Below are positions 41,759 through 55,681 of a stretch of 64,000 bases of DNA, in pieces. Both the position numbers and the translations under genes were made by a program. The notes under the pieces are model-generated. The model saw only the letters and a program-made list of their open reading frames with translations, searched no databases and was not told the origin of the DNA. Location of the stretch: NCBI GenBank assembly GCA_951406725.2, contig OX597830.1:60698001-60762000 (forward strand). Direction: 5' to 3'. Within the stretch, counting starts at the first letter, position 1, and each line of letters opens with the position of its first letter. Origin of the DNA: Octopus vulgaris (lineage: Eukaryota).

Positions 41759-42067
41759 GTGGAGGCACATGGCCTAGTGGTTAGAGCAGCGGACTCGCGG
41801 TCGAGGGATCGCGGGTTCGAGTTTCAGACCGGGCGATATGTGTTTATGAGCGAAAACACCAAAGCTCCACGCGGCTCTGGCAGAAGGTAATGCCGAAACT
41901 TCTGCTGACTCTTTCGCCACAACTTTCTCTCACTCTTTCCTCCTGCATCTTGAAGCTCACCCGCGATGGACCGGCGTCCCATCCAGGTGGGGAACCTATA
42001 CCCCAAGAAACCAGGAAACCGGCCCTTATGAGCCAGACATGGCTCGAGTAGGAACAAACAACAGGAA
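41759..42067 (+). mobile_element. SINE family C (tRNA-derived head), with TSD
   Basis: A box TGGCCTAGTGG, B box GGTTCGAGT; 12-bp TSD ACCTAACACAAC at 41747-41758 and 42068-42079. Confidence 0.93.
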
Positions 42068-42469
42068 ACCTAACACAACAGTTACTCCCCAACATGCAAC
42101 ACCCCCGATCTCATAACTATCTCTTTTCTCTGTGTCTTCTCCCATTTAAAGGCGTGTATAATTAGTTACATTATTGCCAAAAACAATGTATAAAATATAC
42201 TTCATCTTAAATATTTCATAACAAGGTATTTTAAACCTTGATACAAGTTAACTGCCAGTTTCTAGTTGAAAGCCATTTTCTGCCAGTGAAAGTGGCAAAA
42301 GAGTGTCTAATTCGATATACAACAAATATCTCAAGGGCCATTGTCTGTAAACTAATATTTTTTTACTCACAGCCTGTGTGGCTAATAAAGAAACATAATA
42401 GTTTTCCTCACCGACGTTTACATCGTGTTACATTGGCGAATGATATATACGCACATGCACGTGCGTGCA

Positions 42470-42510
<41 letters not shown>

Positions 42511-42525
42511 CTGATGTTGCTGCTG

Positions 42526-42560
<35 letters not shown>

Positions 42561-42597
42561 GGTGGTGGTGGTAGTAGTAGTGGTGGTGGTGGTGGTG

Positions 42598-42657
<60 letters not shown>
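42470..42657. repeat. (GTA)n/(GTG)n trinucleotide repeat
   Basis: Directly visible. Confidence 0.95.
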
Positions 42658-42664
42658 AAAGCAG

Positions 42665-43451
42665 CGATACTTGACCATAAGACGACTTATTCACTCGCCC
42701 GTGACGAAAAATACTCCTCCAGTGCTCTTCTGACTTCCTCTGCAGAATTTATTTTTCCCTTCCAAAAGATTTTGAAGACTACAAGAATAAATGATAATCA
42801 GATGGGACAATTAGTGAATATGGTGGGTGGGGCATCGTTTCCCATTGAAACTGCTCCAGCCTTTGGAATGTCATCCTCACTGTATGTGGCCAAGCATTAT
42901 CCTGATAGAAGAACACCTTTCGTCTTGAAACCAAAGATGGTTGTTTTCCGATGGCACGCAGGTGTCGGTGAATGGTTGAATGACCGAATCCAAGCTTCTC
43001 TGCTAGTTCTTCAACAGTTACGATGAGATTTTGTTCCACCAGGGTTTGCAGGACATTCTCGTCGAGCTCTACAGATCTTCCAGGAAGGCTCGTCTTCTAG
43101 GTTGTAGTTTCCGGCTCGGAATTTCTGGGACCACCGTTGACACTGGCTTATGCTTATTGTTCGATCCCCAAGTACTGCATTAATATTCCTCGCATTTTCC
43201 ATTGCATTGTTGCCTTTATTGAACTCATAAAGCAAAATAACCCCGAATATGTTCCTTTGCCACTTCCATTATAGCTTTGAAAAAAATGATAAAATCGAAC
43301 TGCACTCTTCAAAACTTGCACTAAGTATAAGAACAAAGATAAAATTACGACCTGCTTTTATAGCAAGTTGGGGGCAGGTAGTCTATTCGGTACCCCTCCA
43401 TCTTTTAGTTCATGCAATTGAAGAAATCGCATTATTTATTGGATGACCCAA
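42665..43451 (-). mobile_element. Internally deleted, 3'-truncated mariner
   Basis: 5' TIR TTGGGTCATCCAATAAATAATGCG after TA; LYEFNKGNNA..CQRWSQKFRAGNYNLEDEP and TIHRHLRAIGK fused to QPSLVSRRKVFFYQDNAWPH..HPPYS..PSDYHLF. Confidence 0.9.
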
Positions 43452-43968
43452 TATAGTAGTCATTTTAACTGTTGGAGTTGTTGTTACTATTGGCTGTTGT
43501 AATGATTGTAGTTGTTGAGGTTAATGTTTTTGCAACAGTTATTGTTGTTGTTGTGTCTGTTACGATGATAGATTGGAGAATTGGAGGATCGGAATCGGTA
43601 GAGCGCCGAATTACATTTTTCACAGTTTTGAGTATTTATCTTCAGTTTTAAATTTAAGAAGCGGTCGAGTCCTCTCATACAAATTTCTATTAATGCAGGA
43701 AATCAATGTGAACATAATATCAAATGTATTGCCATCAAAACCGAACAGTCATTTTTCTCATTTTATCCTCATTATTCAAAGTTATTCTGATGTGCTGAAG
43801 ATAGCCTTGATGCCAAAGTGTATAACGAGTGTGGGCAATACTTTTGAGCTCATCCATTTAAACTAACGAAACATTGATCTATTATGCAGAATCTCTACTG
43901 AAAATTGTGGATTATATTTTAACATTCTGACAAAGTATTCTTCAATATATATCGAAGAATACGCTATG

Positions 43969-44375
43969 AAGGCGTGTAGCGTAGTGGTAAGGGTATTCAG
44001 ATTCCAATCGTAAGGTCGTGTCTTCGATTACCGGCGGCGCAATTGTGTCCTTCAGCAAAACACTTTATTTCACGTTATTCCAATCCACTCAACTGAGAAA
44101 AATTACTTGTACTTCAGGCCAGCCCGAGAACTACGTCGAGAGTACGCAGTAGGGCACGTGGCTTAGTGGTCAGGGTATTGCATTCATGATTCCTGGGTCG
44201 GGCGATGTATTTTTTTTTTTCTTGGGCAAAACACCTCTTTTCATATTTCTCCAGTACACTCAACTGACAAAAAAGAGTGATTCTGCGATGAACCGACACC
44301 GTCCAGGGGAGGATTATATACGCCACAGAATCCTGGAAACCAGCTTTATGAGCCTATGGCTAGAGAAGGACATTT
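43969..44375 (+). mobile_element. Two diverged tRNA-headed SINE copies in tandem
   Basis: AAGGCGTGTAGCGTAGTGGTAAGGG and AGGGCACGTGGCTTAGTGGTCAGGG heads; tail GGAAACCAGC.TTATGAGCCTATGGCTAGAGAAGGAC resembles 42010-42055. Confidence 0.7.
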
Positions 44376-45976
44376 GAACCATTTTGATACATATATATAT
44401 TCGTACATATGTATGCATATATCCCTAAAATGATGTCATATGGCGAACTTGCTGGTAGAAAGCGCCCCCAACAGAAGCCAAGATTACGGCTCAAGTTTTT
44501 GTGTAAAGTCCTAGTTGAATGCTTGTGAGATATGCAAGGTCAATTGAGAAAGCAATGCTTGACATCACCAATATAGGGGAAAGAAGTAAAGGAAGTGGTG
44601 GGTATTTTTAAAGAAACACTCATTTTGGATGCTCGAATACGCAGTGTAGTGAGTGGGGGGGGGGGGGAGAGTTTCGTCTGCAATATCTGAGGGCGTGTAT
44701 GTCTATGAAGACCTGGGCTCATTAGTCACCGGCGGAGCCACAAGTGCAAAGTATAAATTTGTCTGAGGACGCAGTGTTCTTAGTAGTATTTAGCTCCAGG
44801 TCAGCTCTAACTGAGGCAGCTTATAAAGGCATTTCATTCAAGACCGCCCTACATTTCTTTGTTTTTCTTTTTTTCAGATAATGTATCTAGGATTATCCAG
44901 TGGGTCTCTCCTTTTATAAGAGAGTAGAATGATAGAATGTTTCGTTAGCTCATAGTTCTGATTTCGAACTCTTCTGCGAGCATTAGTCATGACAGCAATG
45001 CTAACAATACGAACATACTTCTTAATCCTCTCACAACTACTTCAGAGTAGAGAGGAAATTGGATGTAAGCATAATATAAAAGCAACTATGTCAGAATTAA
45101 AATTTATATATATATAACATATACACCCGTATAATTTGTGTCAGGTCATCAAAGAATACTGACCTTCCAGGCTGTTTATATCTATCAGAACTCTATAGCA
45201 GCCAACACAACTTATTGCTCGATCGGCGGAGGTATTTAATTAGAAGCATTTAGAAATTTTCTCCTGATTTATCTGAACTGCCTATGAAATTTCTCCAACT
45301 TCCACAAACCTTTAATTCTTAACTGACTAAAGCGTTCTTGCCTATGATCTTTTTTCCTGTAGATTGGAGTCTTCGAGATATTTTCGACGCAGCTATCGAT
45401 ACAATTACGTTTTGCTTTGATTTCGTGATCGATACAAACGAAAAGGTTTCAAATAAACGTTAGGAATAATTTTGCTTTGAATCTTTCACAATTTCCTTGA
45501 GACCATTCAAACGATCGACTTCAAAACATTCTGCCTGTATCTTCACCCCAATGTTAAGCCGTGAATATCTAACATGATCTAATTACAGTTACAGACTCGA
45601 TACGATGTGGAATTAAGATATTTGAGAAAAAATATATTTTTGTTTCTGTTATGTTTTTAGGTTGGCTAATTCCGTTTTTATATATCTAATAAATAGTATT
45701 TTGTAATTGGATAAACACAGTCTGTAGGTTTTCTTTTGATAATGTGAGAGTAGAATGACAAGTATGTATGTTTTTTTTAATTTATACATTGAGAACAGAC
45801 ATAGGCTAGATAGATGTTGACTTGATGAATATTGTGTGCAAATACCGACTATTAATACAGCCTCTTGATACTGACTGGTTAATCACATTTTGAAAATATC
45901 TGAATAGATATAGTGTATATGTGTTAAATGACAGACTCATACTGTAAATGTTTCTGCGATAGACAAAATGTATATA

Positions 45977-46206
45977 TTTCTTTACAACCCACAAGGGGCT
46001 AAACACAGAGGGGACAAACAAGGACCGACAAAGGGATTAAGTCGATTACATCGACCCCAGTGCGAAACTGGTACTTAATTTATTGCCCAGGAAAGGATGA
46101 AAGGCAAAGTCAACCTCGGCGGAATTTGAACTCAGAACGTAACGACATACGAAATACCACTAAGCATTTCGCCCGGCGCGCTAACGTTTCTGTCAGCTCG
46201 CCGCCT
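45977..46206 (-). mobile_element. SINE family B
   Basis: Reverse complement matches 39591-39820. Confidence 0.92.
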
Positions 46207-46564
46207 TAAACAAACTGTATTGACGACATTCACTGGATAGCCGTAAAGACATTTACTAGACAGATGTAGATAGAAATTTATTGGTTTGTTGTACATGTTG
46301 TTAAAGCTAGTTGAGCTGATTACACTCAGAAAGACGTTCCAGCCATAACTATTCCATCATTTGTTATCAACCATATGTCTAGTATAATATAATATCCTAT
46401 GTGTCTTTCGTTTTTTAAGAAAATAGAGTATTATTTGAGTGGTATTTAGCTGTTATTTCTAGTAGTTTGATTGATTGTATAGATGCTCCCTTGTTGGTTC
46501 GATGTTAACTGGGAGGGCATAGTATAGATTCTACGCTGGATAATTCTGTCTAATAAATTTTCAG

Positions 46565-46775
46565 ATGAGCATCTCTTGGATCCGTTGGGGAACGGAACTG
46601 CATTATCCACAATACTCCAGGTTATGGGAGAGGTTCTTATTCCAATATCCCTTTCCATTCGTTTTAAGGAAGATGGAATTGATTCTGAACTTTATGAATG
46701 CATGTGTTCGTTATGCCTGATCTTGAAAGTATTACCCCTAAGGCTTTTGTAATTCCCCTATAAAGACATAGTATA
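46565..46775 (-). pseudogene. PLE GIY-YIG endonuclease fragment
   Basis: YVFIG..GNTFKIRHNEH...ITWSIVDNAVPFPNGSKRC, typical of the PLE endonuclease C-half. Confidence 0.65.
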
Positions 46776-47484
46776 TGAATTAATCAAATGAGTAACAATT
46801 ATAAGTCCCTTACAATTCTTTAAATTGTTTTAATTAATTTATATTTCATACTTAATGAATCAAAATCCTTTAAGAGAGAGTTCCAAATGATCTTCATTTT
46901 TTTTACTCAGATTCAAATTGAATGGTCTCAAGAAAATTGTGAAAGATCCAAAGCAGGATTATTCCTAACGTTTATTTGAAACCTTTTCGTTTGTATCGAC
47001 CACGAAATCAAGGCAAAACATAATTATATCGAAAGCTAAGTGCATCTGAGAAAAAAAAAATCAAGACCATCTGGGACTCTCATTTCAAGGATTTTGTCAT
47101 CTTCCCACTTCCTAGTAATAACCCACCATTCTCCTACAAGAAGTTATTTCCCAATATCAAGAGCTTTTTTTATTTATAGCATACTTTTATTGCACAACCG
47201 CGTGCAGCTGCGTACCTTGAATATATATACAATGCTTTGTTTCTTTGCTTTTGTTTTTCGGAAACTGGTTTATCATACTGCAGTCTTCAACTTGTTAATC
47301 TTACTATTTTCTTTGTTAATTATATTTGTAAATCCCGACATTGTGATTGTGTATCATGCTTTTGAGTGTGTGTGTGTATGTGTGTGCGTGTGTGTGCGTA
47401 TGTGTGTGTGTGTGTGCGTGCGCGTGTGTGTGTGTGCGTGTGTGTGTGTGTGCGTGCGTGTGTGTGCGTGTGCGTGTGTGTGTG

Positions 47485-49400
47485 TTTTACAACCAAAACA
47501 CTTATTATAATTGCCTTTGTTTTCAGACTCGACATTCGGGTTATATCTATTTCTAGACTTTTAGTTTTGGATAATTTCTCAGTTTCTTTTTGCGGCACAT
47601 TACCATCAAGTGGGACTAATAATGCCGTTTAGGGAAGTATTTCTTTTCCTGGTTGTTTTTGGCAACAATATCAAGTAAATTAACATTGACTCTCTCTACC
47701 TGTGTTATATTATCAGCATATTCCAGAGTATGGTTGCCTGTTTATATTAGCGTATTCCACAATATAGTTGCTATAACTTATTACAGGGGCAACTAGAGTA
47801 TCGATACCTATCTTATATTCTGCATTTTGTTCATATCTAAAGTATTAATACAATTCGTCAGTAAATTGCCCTCTCGACCTTTTCTTTCATTTGTGTGTGT
47901 TGCGTTCGATTTACTTCATTCCTTCCCATGTCACCGTTTATATTAGTGTTTTCAGATAAGTTCCTTTCATCAACGCTGCCTTGATACATTTTTTCTTCAG
48001 TAGATGTGTTTTTCAGTTGATTATCATCTGTGACATTCAGTTTCAGGTCGTCAATATACAACAGCAAACGTAAATAATTTTCCTACAGCATTTGTATTCG
48101 AGTCCTGTCCTAACCGGGGAATTAAAGATGTTAACACCAAGTAGGAAAATAGTTGAGTGAGAGAGAGTCCCTTTGGAATATTACTGTTCTAACAGAGATA
48201 GAATTTGTTTTTTATCATTCTCGATTTGATTTTATTTGAGTCTACATAAATTCTTTGCCACTTATTCACGAACTGCTTGATGCACCTGCTAATTATCGGT
48301 GCTTCTTCATAGTTAAGGTTTACAGAATCCACATTTGAGGAACTCTGCCACAAACCTTTCTGGTGGTTCATTCTATACCATTCTTAAAACTCACTTTCTG
48401 TTTCTACAGACTTTGGTTATGGCAGTAACTGATCTTTACACTCATATGACCTTCCACGGCCTCTCTTCCGTTCTTCTGAAAACTAGTTGCTGTTTTCTCC
48501 CCACTTAACTATTTATATCCTCTTATTATTGCAACAAAGGCCTTAATCAGACAGGTTTAAGGGATCTGTTGTTTCTTTCGTCTTTGGAATTAAAATGGTT
48601 TTCTCTTCAAAGAACTTTTCAAGTGTTGTTTTCAACTTTTCAAGGGGGTTAGTTAGTTAGTTAGTTAAGTTAGTTAGTTTTTTGACTCAAAAAGCAAAAA
48701 GCAAGGCCATGTAGGGGGACATGGAGTTATGTACAGGGAGGGTGTTCATGCAAAGAGTTCAGGCCATTTCTGGTCAAGAGAGACTTTGAACCGAGCGGTC
48801 GTCGGCATCTTCACTATCTCGTCCGGCAGCTTATTCCACGGATCCGCAAACCCGGACGGAGAAAGCCCCTCTCCTTCGATTGAGATGAAATCGTCGCAGA
48901 TAGAGCTTTTCCGAGTGACCCCGCAGTCGACGCTCTGGAGCAGGAGTGATGAACTGCTCTTTCGAGGGGTTACACTTTCCGCTTATGATGTTGTGAGCAA
49001 GAATGAGATCACCACGGTGAATATATTCTTTTGTCAACACTTATTCTGTGTGGTTTGTATTGCAAGCTGGGCTTTGGTATTTTATCATTTTCTGCTGCCA
49101 TCTATTTGTTAGCTTTTTAGTGGAGGCATTTTTAATTCTTCAGTTTCTCTGACACTCCACGATAAGTGTTCACAGGTTGCGTTTGTTCTTTTGAACATGC
49201 TCACCCGTGACGTTCTTTTCATTATACATATTTCATGCCCATCCTCAGAATTCCTCCACTTGCTGTCGGAGCTACATTGATTTCTATTTTATTTTTACGT
49301 AGTTCTTGATAAAATTCGTTTTGGGTTAGAATCGAACTGTTTCTTTAGTTCAAAAAACCGTTATCGTTTTTCCTAACGACAAGTTCTTTGCCATTATGGA
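47485..49400 (-). mobile_element. Old R4-clade LINE relic including RT
   Basis: [51 protein letters not shown]; interrupted by a CR1 insert. Confidence 0.75.
48648..49020 (-). mobile_element. CR1-clade LINE 3' end with (AACT)n tail
   Basis: HRGDLILAHNIISG..RLRGHSEKL..RRGAFSVRV..PWNKLP..FKVSLD; tail AACTAACTAAC. Confidence 0.85.
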
Positions 49401-50334
49401 GAGATATCTTATTTCGGACGTTCTTTGATTGCGAGTTCGAGTTTCCTTTTCCTTTTTTTTTTTTCCTTTCCTTTCTTACCATTTGTGTTCAGTATTGATA
49501 TTATTTAGAAATGAGGCATCTTTCTTTCATTTTCCATTTTTTTACGGGTTTGTTTTCCATGCTGTTTGGGTTTTGATATCTCAATATAAGTAAATTCGAT
49601 GGCGTATTCCCTTTCCTTTGTTATTTCTGTGCCTGTTGCTGCGTAACGAGTACTCAGACACACAACCGGTCAAAACTGATTTGAAATGGTGAGAAATCAG
49701 ATGAGAAAATGCATTGAAATAAAGAAAAGAAAAACTCGAAGCAAAAGCAATGGATTTTCTGTAAAAATGATACGCAAAACATGTCAGGAGCGATGGAAAA
49801 TGGAAGAGTTATGTAAAAGTTTTATGAAATTTATGTAAAAATAATGTAAAGATAAAAATTCGAAACCTGGCAGTCGAAAAAACTTAAGAATTCAGAGTAA
49901 ATACAAGAAAATTCCAATATATTCCTAGAAATATTATTAACAGTCTTTATAAGAAGGAAGTATTAATGTATGTTACCTGTTTAGTGGAAGAGACATCGCA
50001 ACTCAAAACGTCGAAGAATGCCTGCAGCGGTTCAATAATTTAGGTTAAAACCAATTTGTTCTCAAATAGATTAAAATACTTCTCGCTGAAACACAACAGA
50101 CATTTGAGGGGATTATGGTGATAGTTACATCTCTGTGAATTTGTTCTTTCCAAAATTGACCAGTAGATCTCGAAAGGAGCCGAAACAGATCCTTTCAATA
50201 GCCAATGGTATTTGGACAGACTCGTTCAGGATACGTGAAATTTTGGGGAAGCGTTTCGCGAAGTTTTTCAACCTTAATAAAATTCTATATTTAACTCTTG
50301 ATTCCTATTTTCTCTTCCTCTTCTGCACGCACGA

Positions 50335-50400
<66 letters not shown>

Positions 50401-50967
50401 ACGCATACATTTCTATATTGTTAGGTGTCTGTTTAAAAAGCTGGAGGAACCGCAATTTAAGGTTTAGCACTCATTAACATATAGGGGACTGAACTATTTA
50501 TTTAGATTATGGCACTTACAAGACTGTTCGTGTTTCTTTTGATTTCAAACCCATCACAGTGCAAATATGATGGTGATGCCAGTCGGGCTTTGCAAATGTG
50601 TGCGATGTAATGCAATAAGGGGCAGATGGTGTATAGGGTTTCAATATTAGCTGTTGGTCAATATATTATGAAATACTTAAATGTGTGGAGGAAGGGTGGT
50701 GGCCAATAAATTAAGATAAACCATTGAAAGTGTGTGTGTGTGTGTGTGTGTAAGTGTGTGTGTGTGTGCAACCGAACCCCGTTGCTGTCTTGGCCGACAA
50801 GGAGACGACTTTACATCTAACATGGACCGCCTACGTGCAGGTCACTGACTACATGTTTCCAACCAGTCAGGCCTGCATGCTTCGCCACCTTCCCATCGCC
50901 GCAGGACTTCCGAATAAAGATATATATAAATATATATCTGTAATATAATATGTGAGAATTATTCGGT

Positions 50968-51040
50968 TGCCATAATAAAACTCCGAGTTTTGGATGTCGG
51001 GGCGGAAACCCGTTCCGGTATCTCTTCAGTTATCGAGGCA
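50968..51040 (-). ncRNA. Degenerate type-I hammerhead motif
   Basis: TGCC-TCG-ATAA-CTGAAGA-GAT...ATCC-AAAA-CTC(G)GAG-TT-TTAT-TAT-GGCA; helix I 4+4 bp around an internal loop; G12 appears mutated. Confidence 0.5.
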
Positions 51041-51525
51041 ATTAAAATATGCTATGAAAATGACCGTTAAACAAAGGGGAATTACTATGTAATTGACCGT
51101 TATTAAGACGAAAGAGCTATTAGAATGACCGTTAAATAAAAGAAAAAACCGAAGGGGAGGAAGTAAAGGAGTAAAAATGCTCATAGCAATCGCGTATGCG
51201 TGCATGTACATACATACACATGCGCGCACGCACACCCACGTACATGTGCCTATATGCATATGCTTACTCACACTCACATGAAACACATACATGCACACCC
51301 ACACATATGCCAATCAATGCACATATATATGCAACAATGCATGTACACGTATACATATCCGCGCGCGCGCACGCACACGTGCATATACCCATACGCGCAC
51401 AGTTATATTCAAATACACGTCTAAAAATATGCACATGCTATATTATGGCTCACGTTCGCGTGGAACACATGCATGTACACCCACATATATATGCAACCAT
51501 ACCTATGTTCGATTCCAGGCAGTGA

Positions 51526-51596
<71 letters not shown>

Positions 51597-51651
51597 TCGA
51601 AAAATACCTTAGGAATGAGAATGAGAACCCAGGTTCGAAATTTCTCCAAGC

Positions 51652-51693
51652 CACCTGTTGAAGGCTGGAGGGTATATCAGCCGAAACGTTGTG
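51652..51693 (+). ncRNA. Minimal hammerhead motif with A6->U change
   Basis: CAC-CTGTTGA-A-GGCTG(GAGGGTATAT)CAGCC-GAAAC-GTT-GTG, inside a ~155-bp element (51596-51750) next to (AAT)n(AAC)n. Confidence 0.6.
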
Positions 51694-52211
51694 TTAACAA
51701 CAAACAAGATGAGGACAAATATCCGTCAAATGTAAACAATATAAACGAGTACAATGTGTTGCATGGTCGGTCGAGCGATCTACCAGCGCAAATCAGTGAA
51801 CGTTGTTGACTGTATTTTACATAAAGCTATTGCTTTATAAGTTTATTCAGAGTTGTTTTTCTAAAGTATATCCCATTGATAAGAGCCAAGAAACTTGAGA
51901 CATCAATAGATGGCAGCCCTGAATAAAAAGAACACACCCTTTTACCATAAGAGAAATATCTTTCTCTACGGTAACTGCAGTTAATTTGCCTTTTAGTAGT
52001 TGAAATACGTCACAAATATATTTTAACTAACTTAAATCATATATAAGTTAGGTGTTAGTATATCTGGTTGGTAAAAAGCATTATACCAACTGAATAACCG
52101 TCTTTTCAACCAGTCTCTAACCTCTGACCTCGCCCTCACTATAAAAGATCTCATTACTTCCTTCTGCCTCTCTTTTACTGACACTAGCCATATCATCCGT
52201 ACCTCCTCTGT

Positions 52212-52602
52212 GAGTGGAGGCGCAATGGCCCAGTGGTTAGGGCAGCGGACTCGCGGTCATAGGATCGCGGTTTCGATTCCCAGACCGGGCGTTGTGAGTG
52301 TTTATTGAGCGAAAACACCTAAAAGCTCCACGAGGCTCCGACAGGGGATAGTGGTGATCCCTGCTGTACTCTTTCACCACAACTTTCTCTCACTCTTACT
52401 TCCTGTTTCTGTTGTACCTGTATTTCAAGGGGCCGGCCTTGTCACTCTCAGTGTCACGCTGAATATCCCCGAGAACTACGTTAAGGGTACACGTGTCTGT
52501 GGAGTGCTCAGCCACTTACACGTTAATTTCACGAGCAGGCTGTTCCGTTGATTCGGATCAACCGGAACCCTTATCGTCGTAACCGACGGAGTGCTTCCAC
52601 CC
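52212..52602 (+). mobile_element. SINE family C, with TSD
   Basis: A box TGGCCCAGTGG, B box GTTTCGATTCC; 11-bp TSD ACCTCCTCTGT at 52201-52211 and 52603-52613. Confidence 0.93.
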
Positions 52603-52822
52603 ACCTCCTCTGTACTAACGTCTAAATATTTTCCCTAAATTTATAAACTCTGGTCGCCCCTTCGTTTCCTCTTGCAATTGCTCCACTTCACTCGTTTCAA
52701 ACACCTCTATGGGATTCTCCAGCCGTCCTTCCGACATTCATGAAATCAATCAAGTTCTTTACCTCCTTAACTCTCTTCTCCTTTCCTTTCCCCTTTGCTC
52801 TACTTCACTCTGTACAAGTATC

Positions 52823-53050
52823 TGTTTCTTTATTACTCACAAGGGGCTAAACACAGAGGGGACAAACAAGGACAGACAAAGGGATTAAGTCGATTACATC
52901 AACCCCAGTGCGTAACTGGTACTTAATTTATCGACCCCGGAAGGATGAAAGGCAAAGTCGACCTCGGCGGAATTTGAACTCAGACCGTAACGGCAGACGA
53001 AATACGGCTACGCATTTCGCTCGGCGTGCTAACCACTCTGCCAGCTAGCC
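52823..53050 (-). mobile_element. SINE family B, with TSD
   Basis: 8-bp TSD CAAGTATC at 52815-52822 and 53051-53058. Confidence 0.93.
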
Positions 53051-54107
53051 CAAGTATCATTCCATACGATGACGGTCTTCTCGTCCTCAACTACTTCCAA
53101 CACCGCTGAACACTCTCCAACCCAGCATCTCCCACTTTCTTCTGCTTTACTCAGCTTCTCTTTCCTCTGAATTGTTTCTCTTTCTACGGAGAATTTTACC
53201 AACAAAGTTTAGTAGCTATGAGAACTAAGGTTGTTAGTTACGCTGAAGCCCAAATCTTCGCCCATTTCCCTGGTCCCACTCCAGAACTGCATGATAAGTA
53301 TATCAATCATTATATCGACGCCACTCCTCTCCCTCGCGCCCAGCTCACCCCTTCATCACTTTATCGATGCTTTCTACCTCCTCTTCTGTCAATTTTGTCC
53401 CCACCTCTGTCACCACTGATTACCTAAACTTCTCTCCCTTTGTGTGTCCATTTTCAGTAAACCGACTGACTCCCACACTTACCTCACCTACGCCTCTTCC
53501 TATTTCAGCCACCTCAAATCTTCTGTCCCTTACTAACAATTTCTATGCTTTTTTTAGCCATAACTACAATTTTGCAATCCAGTTTCGATTTGTGTGTCGT
53601 GATTACCCCCAGACTATTACTAGCAACGCCCGCATCCCAGCCTACAGTGTTGATCTGATCTTTGCCCTCATGCCCTGCACCTACTCGATTCAATTTACCT
53701 TTCTCCCTCGCCTTCCAACCTAATATCTTATTTCTTCATTTAGACCCCACCACTTCCCCTATATTCCATAAACGACCGCTTCTCTCCGTCAAACGAACCA
53801 CTAAATTGTGTGACCCTTTTATTCCGTTGCTCCTCAACCCTTCCTAATACCAATCCCTGCTCTCCAGTCCAGTGTATAACATATGCCCAGACATCCACAA
53901 CCCTACTCACTCTCATTGACCCTAACCAGTTTTCCTTCCTTATCAAGTACCGTTTCATCAGTTCCCGCCAGATATGTCATATGCTGCCTTAAGAATCATT
54001 TTTGTGGTTTCTTATACACTAAAGATTAGCAGATCATATCATGGAACATCTAAGTGATTTGCACCGTGATGTGATAATGTATTATATAGATATATATAGG
54101 CGCGGGA

Positions 54108-54263
54108 GTGGCTGTGTGGTAAGTAGCTTGCTTACGAACTACATGGTTCCGGGTTCAACCCACTGCGTAGCACCTTGGGCAAGTGTCTTCTACTATAGCC
54201 TCGGGTTGACCAAAGCCTTATGAGTGGATTTGGTAGACGGAAACTGAAAGAAGCCCGTCGTAC

Positions 54264-54314
<51 letters not shown>

Positions 54315-54540
54315 CATATATATATGTATGTCTGTATATGTTTTTGTGTGTTTGTCGCCCCAACATCGCTTAACAACCGATGCTGGTGTGTTTACGTCCC
54401 CGTAACTTAGCGGTTCGGCAAAAGAGGCCGATAGAATAAGTACTAGGCTTACAAAGAATAAGTCCTGGGGTCGATGTGCTCGACTAAAGGCGGTGCTCCA
54501 GCATGGCCGCAGTCAAATGACTGAAACAAGTAAAAGAGTA
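54108..54540 (+). mobile_element. SINE family A, full length
   Basis: Pol III-like head TGGCTGTGTGG...GGTTCAACCC, internal (TA)n after CCCGTCG, tail TGACTGAAACAAGTAAAAGAG. Confidence 0.93.
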
Positions 54541-54599
54541 TATATGTACGTACACACATACATAATTTTCATAAATAGCTGCTGTTTTACTAAAGTGAC

Positions 54600-55110
54600 T
54601 CGCAGTTTCACATTTAGATTTCTCAGACAATAGTAACATGAAATAGAACCATCTATCCACCAATATTGTGGAAAATATTAGCATTCTTTTGTCCACCACC
54701 TCATACGACGAACATTCTTTCAACAATGTTGTAGATCGTTGTAATAATACCTTGAACGATAGCGGTTTTAAAGAGAATATTTATTACCTACCATATAAAT
54801 CATATCAGAAAAATCTTAGTAAAGTGTAACGACACTCCTTTTAATTTGAATGTATACACCAATATAAACCAAAAGCTTTCCGAATTTGAAAGAGCAACAT
54901 TTTCCTAAAACACATGCCTACAATAATACGTACCTTCAGCAAAAATCATAAAGAAGCATGCTGTTTCTACTGCTGAAAAGCTCACCACATCTATAACTAA
55001 CATTTAACAATAAAGAAAAGACTTATAAATTAGGCAGTTTCTAACTTCACTACAAAACGTAATTACATCGATACAATAAATTCTTTTTAAATGGAAATTG
55101 TTGAGCTAGC
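54600..55110 (+). pseudogene. PLE relic (post-RT linker region)
   Basis: NIVENISILLSTTSYDEHSFNN...NNTLNDSGFKE, PFNLNVYTNI, HFPKTH. Confidence 0.55.
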
Positions 55111-55397
55111 TTCAACGCAGTAGGATCAAGCGAAATGTGAAATTTCAAGTCATTACGCTAAAGTTTCTGCTATTTGTCATAAATTATTGCACTCTTGTAT
55201 TGAAAAATGTTCTCACATTTATATATACACTAACATGTATTCGTATTCTATATATGCATACAAATATATTTTGCTCGTTTAACATGCTCCAACAAACACG
55301 CTCAAATACATACGCATATCCCTATGTGTCTCTATGTATCCGTGTGTCTTTATATGTCCGTGCACGCGTATGTATGTAGATGTATGATGTATGTGGA

Positions 55398-55434
<37 letters not shown>

Positions 55435-55594
55435 ATGTGGGTGCATGAATGTGTATATGTATGTGTGCGTGTGCTTGGTGATAATGCTATCGAATAAAAA
55501 AATAATTTGATAAAATATTAATGATGGCAAGAAATTATGCTAATATAGAAAAAAATGTAGTAGAAATATGGTAGAAAGAGGCGTTGGTGTCGTT

Positions 55595-55629
55595 CTTGCT
55601 GCTACTGCTGCTACTGCTGCTGCTGCTAC

Positions 55630-55681
<52 letters not shown>

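Larger units (their letters stand above)
45391..47037. repeat. 120-bp inverted repeat pair (45391-45510 / 46918-47037)
   Basis: Ungapped, 9 mismatches by manual count. Confidence 0.9.
52090..54065 (+). pseudogene. Heavily decayed Penelope-like element (RT + GIY-YIG), interrupted by two SINEs
   Basis: GRPFVSSCNC (~52652), SLY./IPYDDGL split by a SINE, NCFSFYGEFYQQ..VAMRTK, HYID, C...C.T zinc-like linker. Confidence 0.65.
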
